A DNA stretch of 64,000 nt. Origin: a virus. Taxonomy: Duplodnaviria > Caudoviricetes. Below, one piece after another: positions 56,224 to 63,576 of this stretch. The stretch lies in the IMG/VR virus record IMGVR_UViG_3300044991_001466. One strand, given 5' to 3'. A program made the position numbers and the translations under genes. A model generated the notes under the pieces. That model searched no databases and had not been told where the DNA came from. It saw only the letters and a list, made by a program, of their open reading frames with translations. The first letter of the stretch is position 1; every line of letters begins with the position of its first letter.

Positions 56224-58114
56224 CTATCATTTCAATACCTTTAAACCATAACATTTTACCAAATTTTTCGTCATGTAATGGTGACATATTAAGAAAGATT
56301 AATCCTGTAATTAATTTTATTTTTTGTAAATCATATCCATTAAGAATTAACCAATTTTCATATATTAACTTAAATCTAACTAAATTTTCAGATATTGGGT
56401 AGTCATATTTTATTGAATACAAACCTTCGGTATAGTTTAGGTTATCATTATTTTTCATGGTGTTATATGGAATTAATAATCCACCATATAATTTAGATAA
56501 GTCATAATAAATGTCACCACTATCTACCGATTCACCAAACGAGTCTCTCCAATCAATGTAGTAATATCTACTTTCCTCAGAGTTGTAGATAACATTATCA
56601 AACTGTAAATCACCGTGAAATAATACATAGAAATCATTTGATAATTCAAATGTCGGTTTACTATGTAGTAAACTACTAAGTGATGGTCTTTTAATACCAT
56701 TAACCTCATGTTCTAATTCTAAATAATTAAACCCGTTTTTTTGAACAAATGAGTCAATCCGTTTCTTTGTTTTTGTAACGTAAAACTCTTGAATGTCATT
56801 GTCATTACCGGCAACTTTACTTTTAAGATTATACTCAAGCAATTCTAAGAAATTTGTAAAAACATCTAAATTATCAATTTCATATAGGGTATTACCCTTA
56901 ACCCAATCATAATGAATGAATTTACTTGTTGAACCAAAATTAGGAGGTATTAACGAATCTAAAAGTTTCGCTCTTTTACTACGGTTATTTAAAATTGTGA
57001 TATCAGGAACAAATTTTAAAAATTTATCATTATCACAATATGTAATTTCGTTAGTATTTTTTTGTAATGATAATGGTTTGTCTTTAAAATACTCTCTGGT
57101 TTTTTGTAAGTCATCTAAATTACCTGTATCAAACCACTTTAGTTTTTTTACCTTAAATGTTGGGTAATTTTTTGGGTTAATAAATGCCGATACTATTTCA
57201 CCATTTAATATGTTTTTAGAAAGTTCATTCCAAAAAATTTGATAGTCCAAAATTGAACCTAATCCAATAAATGCATTATCGTGACCGTGAATGTCTTTAT
57301 CTGAAAATGATTGGATGTTGTCAAATTCGTCAATGTTAATTGTTGAATATTTTTCAGGGTATGACGTAGGATAACATCCTAACCAATTACCATCTAAATA
57401 CGGTAATGGAGAATCAATTACACAATCACCCGTTATAAAATAAAATGGCCTTTGTAAATGTTCTGAACACATTAATGCGCTATAACCAGGACCACTATTT
57501 TCAGAATCAAACACATCCACATCTACAAAAATAAAATTACAATTTTGATGTGTAATTTTACAATATTCCTTTATTGATTCACTTTCATATCCTAATGCAA
57601 TTACAATATCATAGTTTATTGGGAACATATCGATGATATGTGATATAATCGCTTTGTTATTAATTGGTAATAATACTTTATTAATATTATTTGTAAGATT
57701 TTTTAATCTAGTTCCATAACCGGCAGCTAAAATTAAAACTGCTGGTGTTTGATGTTCACCATCTATCTTACCGTCCATTCGATTTGTATCATCTTCAATT
57801 CTAATAACATCATCAACCTCGGGTGTGGACACTTCTTGCAATATTATGTCAGTTAACGCAATGACCCTATGTTTTTTAGGTGGTGTTACATTAAAATATT
57901 CACCAGGACCCATTATTTTTTTCTCAACAATACCTTCATCATTTTCTAACCATATTTCCGCTTGACCTGAAATAATGAAATTTGTTTCTCGTTTAAAATT
58001 ATGATATTGGTATGATGTTTTATATCCCGCGTTTATATAAATTCTTTTATAGCAATAGGAATCATTTAATTCTAACCACTCTTCTCTACCCCAAGGTTTG
58101 TGTATTGTTTTCAT
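56207..58114 (-). CDS. cupin + nucleotidyltransferase + choline/aminoglycoside-kinase-like fusion
   Basis: KPWG..cupin; LILAAGYGTRL; FHGDLQFDNV, IDWR, YYDLSKL. Confidence 0.8.
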   Translation of the reverse strand: MKTIHKPWGREEWLELNDSYCYKRIYINAGYKTSYQYHNFKRETNFIISGQAEIWLENDEGIVEKKIMGPGEYFNVTPPKKHRVIALTDIILQEVSTPEVDDVIRIEDDTNRMDGKIDGEHQTPAVLILAAGYGTRLKNLTNNINKVLLPINNKAIISHIIDMFPINYDIVIALGYESESIKEYCKITHQNCNFIFVDVDVFDSENSGPGYSALMCSEHLQRPFYFITGDCVIDSPLPYLDGNWLGCYPTSYPEKYSTINIDEFDNIQSFSDKDIHGHDNAFIGLGSILDYQIFWNELSKNILNGEIVSAFINPKNYPTFKVKKLKWFDTGNLDDLQKTREYFKDKPLSLQKNTNEITYCDNDKFLKFVPDITILNNRSKRAKLLDSLIPPNFGSTSKFIHYDWVKGNTLYEIDNLDVFTNFLELLEYNLKSKVAGNDNDIQEFYVTKTKKRIDSFVQKNGFNYLELEHEVNGIKRPSLSSLLHSKPTFELSNDFYVLFHGDLQFDNVIYNSEESRYYYIDWRDSFGESVDSGDIYYDLSKLYGGLLIPYNTMKNNDNLNYTEGLYSIKYDYPISENLVRFKLIYENWLILNGYDLQKIKLITGLIFLNMSPLHDEKFGKMLWFKGIEMIDDYDK

Positions 58115-58843
58115 TTATTTTATATTATTTTTATCCCAAATTCTTAGACATTTTAAAAGTACTTCTAAATTTAATACATCACTTTTTTCAAACTCTCTAA
58201 CATTAGGTCTTACAACTACACTATTAAATTCTGAAACCGCATCTACATATAACCCTAACGATAAAATGTGTTTAGCTAATTCGGTATGTATATTAAATGT
58301 AATTTTATTTGGTAATGTATCGATTAATTTTGAGATGTTATGAAATGTACCACAAAAAAATGTATCGACTAAAAAATAATGTTTTAACCCCGTTATATGT
58401 ATAAAATTACAACCATAAATTCTATCATCTAAAGAACATTCTTTTAATTTTTTAATCCCATCATCATTTAACATCATATAGGAATCAGGTCTCATTAAAA
58501 CAATTAAATCATACTCTTTCCCGCTTTCTTTTATTAATTTTAAACCATTTTTCCAATGGTAAATCATTTTAGTACTATTAATTAAACCGGGTCCTAACCC
58601 ATTAAAATCAAATTCAACATTATCTTCATTAACAACATCAATAACTGCATTTGGTATGTGTTTTGATATCATTTCGGATGTTATATCTTCATTTAAATCG
58701 TATCCCAATGATTCACATTTTTGAATTGATTTACTCCATGTCGAGAAGTAAAAATCAAAATCGGAATCATTAAGAAATTTCCATGATTTGACTGCAATAT
58801 CAAATTCTCTATACATTCCATATACAATTATAGCAATTTTCAT
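58115..58843 (-). CDS. putative glycosyltransferase-like protein, paralog of 58846
   Basis: MKIAIIVYGMYREFDIAVKSW; YDLIVLMRPD. Confidence 0.55.
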   Translation of the reverse strand: MKIAIIVYGMYREFDIAVKSWKFLNDSDFDFYFSTWSKSIQKCESLGYDLNEDITSEMISKHIPNAVIDVVNEDNVEFDFNGLGPGLINSTKMIYHWKNGLKLIKESGKEYDLIVLMRPDSYMMLNDDGIKKLKECSLDDRIYGCNFIHITGLKHYFLVDTFFCGTFHNISKLIDTLPNKITFNIHTELAKHILSLGLYVDAVSEFNSVVVRPNVREFEKSDVLNLEVLLKCLRIWDKNNIK

Positions 58844-58845
58844 AG

Positions 58846-59523
58846 TTATAGTGTGTTATTCCATTCATTTCTTTTACTATGAATAGTTTCGTGGTTAATT
58901 TTGATGTCATCAATTTCAATAACATTTGGTCTAATTACATTTATATGTAAAAATTCAATCATTTCAACATTTAAATTCAAATCATGAACATGTTTACCTA
59001 AAAAATGATGAATATCACTATGTATTGTTGGTACTGTGTCAATTAATTTCTTCATCATGTCATATGACCCTAATAAAAAAATATCACTTAAAAAAAATCT
59101 ATCATTATTGTATTTTAAAATACTTGTTGAATAAAGAATGTTAGGTTTAATCAAATTTGGTAACATTTCAGATGGGACACTTAATTCAAAATAATCGTCA
59201 AATCTAAGTAATAAAATATAATCGTAATTTTTATTTAAAAGCGATAAACAATTTTTCCAATGAAAAATCATTTTTTCAGAATTACTTAACCCAATGTAAT
59301 TTATTTCATCTAAAATATCTACGGTTGCATTTGGATAATATTTTAATATCATATTTTCATTGACATTAAATTCACGTCTATATCCAAGGTTTTCATTCAC
59401 TTGTTTTGATTTGTTCCACGTCGAAAAATAAAAATCACAATCAAAGTTATTTAATACTTCCCAAGATTTAACCGCTATGTCAAATTCTCTATATTGTCCA
59501 TAAACTAAAACCGCTATTTTCAT
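58846..59523 (-). CDS. putative glycosyltransferase-like protein (start moved to 59523)
   Basis: MKIAVLVYGQYREFDIAVKSW; YDYILLLRFD. Confidence 0.55.
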   Translation of the reverse strand: MKIAVLVYGQYREFDIAVKSWEVLNNFDCDFYFSTWNKSKQVNENLGYRREFNVNENMILKYYPNATVDILDEINYIGLSNSEKMIFHWKNCLSLLNKNYDYILLLRFDDYFELSVPSEMLPNLIKPNILYSTSILKYNNDRFFLSDIFLLGSYDMMKKLIDTVPTIHSDIHHFLGKHVHDLNLNVEMIEFLHINVIRPNVIEIDDIKINHETIHSKRNEWNNTL

Positions 59524-59535
59524 AATAACATATAT

Positions 59536-59685
59536 TGCTGTAGTGGATGGATTCGAACCACCAAGATGAGATTCAGTAAGTAACACTATGCCGGCCGGCT
59601 GGTGGTCTACCCCATATTACTTACCTATTTCTTTGTCACCACCCCCGAGACAGGAGGGCACGTTTGCCAATTTCGTCACACTACA
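59536..59685 (-). tRNA. tRNA-Asp(GUC)-like RNA with a 79-nt variable arm
   Basis: acceptor TGTAGTG/CACTACA-G, D-stem ACG/CGT, anticodon stem CCCTC/GGGGG with loop CTGTCTC, T-arm GGTGG-TTCGAAT-CCATC. Confidence 0.7.
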
Positions 59686-59868
59686 AAATAACACCCTTTT
59701 ATCAGCCTAAGCCTCACATAACCTTAGTGTGGAACCACCGGTAGATGTCATGAATGAAGTTATCACGGAGAATGTAGATTTTCACTAACTCGATTTAGCG
59801 GTCTCTATGATAACAATGATGGATGAAAAACTTCTGCCTTTCTTGTGGACTTCCATCGGAGTCCCATA
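59686..59868 (-). ncRNA. candidate structured RNA upstream of the tRNA-like element
   Basis: GGACT/AGTCC, GTTATCA/TGATAAC and CTAAG/CTTAG stems; no credible ORF. Confidence 0.4.
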
Positions 59869-59870
59869 AC

Positions 59871-60101
59871 TTACAAGATTTGTTTGTCTTGTCTTCTTCT
59901 TGCTTCTTCTGCGTCTTTATACCAACGAATCCATGTTAATGAAATATCAACAGGAGCTAAAACCCATGCCATTACTATTACCATTATAACATCCAATTCT
60001 GGAGAACCTCCAGTTGGGTCGTTACTATATCTCTTACTTAAATTTTTAAATAATTGATAGAAGCAATAAATAATACAAATAACATAATAACCTATAAACA
60101 T
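59871..60101 (-). CDS. small two-TM membrane protein
   Basis: two hydrophobic segments. Confidence 0.65.
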   Translation of the reverse strand: MFIGYYVICIIYCFYQLFKNLSKRYSNDPTGGSPELDVIMVIVMAWVLAPVDISLTWIRWYKDAEEARRRQDKQIL

Positions 60102-60117
60102 AATTTTTAATTTTACT

Positions 60118-60157
60118 GTGGACCAAATAAGAATAGTACTTAGTGATTTACAAATCC
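60118..60157 (-). pseudogene. internally deleted remnant of the CAU tRNA
   Basis: 32/40 identity to the 60878-60952 tRNA with its centre deleted at an AACCTA microhomology. Confidence 0.6.
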
Positions 60158-60168
60158 ATAACGTTCAA

Positions 60169-60861
60169 TTAAACCCATCCTAAAGACACTAATTTAGGAT
60201 AAATTATTTTTTCTGAAAAAATTTCTCCCGAAACTGGTGCCGGATGTTTATCATCTAACATTTCCAAATTATTTTTAATTGCATATTCTAAATATGGGTC
60301 ATCAATATAATTAATCTGATGTTCATGTAACTGTTTTTTAAATATCCTCATTGTTGAGTTTGGCATTACATTTTCCCATCCAAACACAACAATAATTCGA
60401 GGTGTAAAATGTGATGCCAAAATTATGGTGGACAACAATTTTTGTAGTTCTTGATTTACATCAAAATCTATTGGTTCTTGATTTACATCATATTCTATTT
60501 TTATATCGGGAGAATTTGATAATAAATCTATTCTATTTTTCCTATCAAATATATTGACGCTATCACAAACATAGTGATGGAAAACCCCCGCAAATTGTTC
60601 TTTCTGAATTTTATCAATTTCTTCAAATTTATTCATTTGCAATCGTTTATACGGTCGATAGCATCCTGTCACTTGCCAATAAATTATATCTGTTTTATCA
60701 ATTTGTTTATTAAGTGTCGCCTCGTGAAAACGATTAATTTGTAGTTGATTTGATCCCGCTGAGTGTGCTAAATTTAACAAATCAACATTCATTAGATTTG
60801 ATAACTTTTTAACAAGACCGTAATGATGAGTTAAACTACAACCAAATGTTACTAATTTCAT
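60169..60861 (-). CDS. SGNH hydrolase-like (start moved to 60861)
   Basis: VTFGCSLT, AHSAGSN, DKHP. Confidence 0.7.
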   Translation of the reverse strand: MKLVTFGCSLTHHYGLVKKLSNLMNVDLLNLAHSAGSNQLQINRFHEATLNKQIDKTDIIYWQVTGCYRPYKRLQMNKFEEIDKIQKEQFAGVFHHYVCDSVNIFDRKNRIDLLSNSPDIKIEYDVNQEPIDFDVNQELQKLLSTIILASHFTPRIIVVFGWENVMPNSTMRIFKKQLHEHQINYIDDPYLEYAIKNNLEMLDDKHPAPVSGEIFSEKIIYPKLVSLGWV

Positions 60862-60878
60862 AATTCTTATTTTTAGAG

Positions 60879-60952
60879 TGGACCAGATAGGAATCGAACC
60901 TATTACCTTCACATTATGAGTGTGCCGCTCTAACCTAGTGAGCTACAAGTCC
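60879..60952 (-). tRNA. tRNA-CAU, probably Ile2 (lysidine) rather than Met
   Basis: cloverleaf, loop CTCATAA, C4-G69, A73; G27-A43 and T6-T67 mismatches. Confidence 0.8.
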
Positions 60953-60962
60953 AAAATTTACG

Positions 60963-61036
60963 TAATCCCGTTTGGATTCGAACCAAAGACCCACATCTTA
61001 GAAGGATGTTGCTCTATCCAACTGAGCTACGGAACC
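60963..61036 (-). tRNA. trnR-UCU: tRNA-Arg(UCU)
   Basis: ACATC-CTTCTAA-GATGT; GGTTCGAATCC. Confidence 0.92.
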
Positions 61037-61042
61037 AAAATT

Positions 61043-61363
61043 AACACTATCGTCTTTGAAAGTTTTTATTTAATCGTTATGCCTTACGGCTTATTGTTAT
61101 TTTACTCTCAAGTTTATCTAAACGTGAATCCAATACACGATAAACATCGTTCATTGCATTTTCACGTTCTCTGTTTTGATTTTCAATCTCTCTTCCGAGA
61201 CATTGTTCTACTTCTCTAATTTCTTTGTTTAGTTTATTAACCTTAACAAAGGCAATAACCGCAACTACCGCAACTGCGATAACCACAACTATTGACATTC
61301 CTAAAATAAATGATAATATATCCATATTAATTTTCTCCTTTATTTTCAAAGAACGATAGTGTT
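61043..61363. repeat. 19/20-bp inverted repeat flanking ORF 61077..61325
   Basis: AACACTATCGTCTTTGAAA (61043-61061) / TTTCAAAGAACGATAGTGTT (61344-61363). Confidence 0.85.
61077..61325 (-). CDS. single-TM + coiled-coil protein (82 aa)
   Basis: MDILSFILGMSIVVVIAVAVVAVIAFV; AGGAG upstream. Confidence 0.7.
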   Translation of the reverse strand: MDILSFILGMSIVVVIAVAVVAVIAFVKVNKLNKEIREVEQCLGREIENQNRERENAMNDVYRVLDSRLDKLESKITISRKA

Positions 61364-61378
61364 GTAATAAAATATAAC

Positions 61379-61411
61379 AAAAAAAACCCGAATAAAAAAA
61401 TTCGGGTTTTT
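61379..61411 (-). terminator. terminator after tRNA-Ser
   Basis: AAAAACCCGAAT/ATTCGGGTTTTT. Confidence 0.8.
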
Positions 61412-61416
61412 CTGTT

Positions 61417-61507
61417 TGGCGGAGAGAGTAGGATTCGAACCCACGGGCCAGTTTCCCGGCCTCCTGATTTCAAGTCAGGTGCAATAGACCAACTCTACCA
61501 TCTCTCC
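61417..61507 (-). tRNA. trnS-UGA: tRNA-Ser(UGA), encoded CCA
   Basis: CCTGA-CTTGAAA-TCAGG, long variable arm, G73-CCA. Confidence 0.95.
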
Positions 61508-61510
61508 AAT

Positions 61511-61617
61511 TTTCCCGTTTTTTCCTCACATTTAGCCCAATCAACAGTGAGACATTGATTGGATTTTGATCATAGAAGCTTATAAGGTTTCCCCATTAAG
61601 CCGTTACCACGGGCAAA
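61511..61617 (-). ncRNA. candidate small structured spacer RNA
   Basis: CCCGT/ACGGG closing stem, CCAATCAA/TTGATTGG hairpin. Confidence 0.35.
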
Positions 61618-61626
61618 CTAAATCAG

Positions 61627-61700
61627 CGGACTAGACGAGACTCGAACTCGCGACCTTCGGCGTGACAAGCCGACATTCTAACCAACTGAACTACCAATCC
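61627..61700 (-). tRNA. trnD-GUC: tRNA-Asp(GUC)
   Basis: TCGGC-TTGTCAC-GCCGA, G73. Confidence 0.93.
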
Positions 61701-61707
61701 AAAAATT

Positions 61708-61890
61708 ACAGGTTTTTTGTACCCTTCCGTACATCATAACAAATACATTCCTATATCTGTGGTTACATTTTCGCCATTGGGTAATTACTCCCGACTTATA
61801 GTAACTCTACCCTCACCGCTTTGATATCTAGAATCAAGACAGCTCTTTGGGATTTATATACCGTGGGGTTACACCACAGTCGTCACCTGT
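61708..61890 (-). ncRNA. candidate ~183-nt structured RNA heading the tRNA operon
   Basis: ends pair (ACAGGT/ACCTGT), CTGTGGT/ACCACAG, TTGAT/ATCAA, TGTAC/GTACA; -7 promoter at 61895. Confidence 0.55.
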
Positions 61891-61936
61891 TTTACAAAGA
61901 TAAGAAATAATTAATGATATACAAAATTATTTCAAA

Positions 61937-62719
61937 TTATTTTGACCAATGTTTATCTCTTAATTCATAAACGTCAATAGGTTCACGTTTCATATGACTT
62001 CCTTGATTATAAAAGGCTCCTTTTTTCAAAAATCCACCTAAGAAGTTTCTTCTCATTCTATTTGAGTTGTTAGCCTCTGAACCGTGTACACAATGTGAGT
62101 GTAATAAAACCACCTGTCCTTTTTTAAGAACTCCTTCTATTTTACGGAAATCATGTCCTTCTGGCATAATACAAGGCTTACCACGTTCGTTCCTCCAAAA
62201 AGATGGATTTGTTTTGGCTCTCTCTTCATCAACCTCAATAGGTAATGTTGGTAGTCTGTGAGAACCTTCATAATTCCAAACTGACCCGTTACCATCATCG
62301 TGATTGTCTAATGCTAATGCTGTGTTGATAATTTCATTATGACCACACCCTGTGTAAAATGCGTTTTGATGCATATCTCTACCTAATTGTCCAGGTGGTT
62401 TAAAATACGCCCAACTTTGCATCCCAACAATGTCACCTTCCATTAGAAACTGACAAGCTTCAATTAATTTAGGGTGAACATATAGTTTTGCCAGTTTATC
62501 GGATAATTTATGTGGATATGCAAATGGATCCCATTCACCCCACTCCTTACCATCGTCTGTTAACGTTCCTTTTCTCTCCTGACGTAAACGTTCAAGTTCG
62601 TCATTGATTTCATCACATTCTTCTTCGGTTAAGAGTTCTAATGCAGTAAATCCTCGGTACCTCCAGTCAAATGTCATTTGTTGGATTTCCAATTCTGTTA
62701 AATGTTTAAAATTTCCCAT
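61937..62719 (-). CDS. phytanoyl-CoA dioxygenase family 2OG-Fe(II) oxygenase
   Basis: MHQN, ALALD, EGSH, GQVVLLHSHCVHGS..N.S..MRR. Confidence 0.85.
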   Translation of the reverse strand: MGNFKHLTELEIQQMTFDWRYRGFTALELLTEEECDEINDELERLRQERKGTLTDDGKEWGEWDPFAYPHKLSDKLAKLYVHPKLIEACQFLMEGDIVGMQSWAYFKPPGQLGRDMHQNAFYTGCGHNEIINTALALDNHDDGNGSVWNYEGSHRLPTLPIEVDEERAKTNPSFWRNERGKPCIMPEGHDFRKIEGVLKKGQVVLLHSHCVHGSEANNSNRMRRNFLGGFLKKGAFYNQGSHMKREPIDVYELRDKHWSK

Positions 62720-62925
62720 AATACTTAGTTTAATACATTAATATAACCATATTTTTTAAGAAAACAAAACATTTGTTAAAAAATAACATATGAGTTTTAT
62801 CAGTAGTTCATTTTAGCAGTATTTATAGACAGACAAAAAATAAATGTATCTCTCTCATACATTACGTATTATATTAATATTATATTAATATGTGGTTCTG
62901 AGCGGGTATATAAACTTAGAACCTT

Positions 62926-63576
62926 ATGGAAAAAATCAAATCACTCACTATTAACATTAGCGACAAACTTGTAACGATATTATTATCGTTAGTTGGAGTT
63001 TGGATTGCGTTCGCACTATGTTTTCAATTATTCTTCGTTTATTTAGAACTTTCTGGTAAAGATGAATTGCAAAGAAATGTAATAAATTGGATTGAATGGA
63101 GAATCGACGGTACATTCAAAAATTCACCTGAAAACATTTGGTATAATGCTGACGACCACATGTGGGTTGAAAGTGTAACCAACGAGGTTAAAATCGGTAA
63201 ATTGGCCGGTAATAGAAATTTAGCTTTTGGGGTTAAAAATGTTTTAGAAGAATTACTACAAGAAAAGGGGTATGATTTATCTGAGTCATCACCATACAAA
63301 ATAAAAGTACAAATTGTTTATTTAGATGTTCTTACAACAAAAAAGAACATATCTGTTTTCCATTCTGGTGTGGAGGAAGTGGTTATTAGACTGAAGGGAA
63401 CGTTAACAAAAGACGGTAAAAAAGAAAAAGAATTAGTTGTTGAAGAATCATCATCTGAGGTTTCTATGTCTACACTAATTGTTGATGAAGGAGGTTCATT
63501 TAACCAAACTTCTTTAAGTAACGCACTCAAAAAAGCAAGTGAAAAACTAATAAATAAATTAATAGACAAAAAATGA
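62926..63576 (+). CDS. membrane-anchored protein (CsgG/LpoB-like fold possible)
   Basis: N-terminal TM; LAFGVKNVLEELL; late promoter at 62819. Confidence 0.55.
   Translation: MEKIKSLTINISDKLVTILLSLVGVWIAFALCFQLFFVYLELSGKDELQRNVINWIEWRIDGTFKNSPENIWYNADDHMWVESVTNEVKIGKLAGNRNLAFGVKNVLEELLQEKGYDLSESSPYKIKVQIVYLDVLTTKKNISVFHSGVEEVVIRLKGTLTKDGKKEKELVVEESSSEVSMSTLIVDEGGSFNQTSLSNALKKASEKLINKLIDKK

Noticed and set aside
59536-59685. Group I or anticodon-loop intron
   Set aside because: The anticodon stem-loop closes intact; the 79-nt insert lies in the variable arm and is too short for a group I core.
58846-60912. Track start codons at 59586 and 60912
   Set aside because: The extensions overlap tRNA or tRNA-like elements; downstream ATGs match the paralog or domain starts.
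60920-61219. ORF 60920..61219
   Set aside because: Antisense to tRNA-Ile2, tRNA-Arg and ORF 61077.
4320-63569. Numerous short antisense or out-of-frame ORFs in the track (e.g. 4320, 5633, 12975, 27144, 37218, 40274, 44267, 44726, 63039)
   Set aside because: Shadows of longer genes that have clear motifs.
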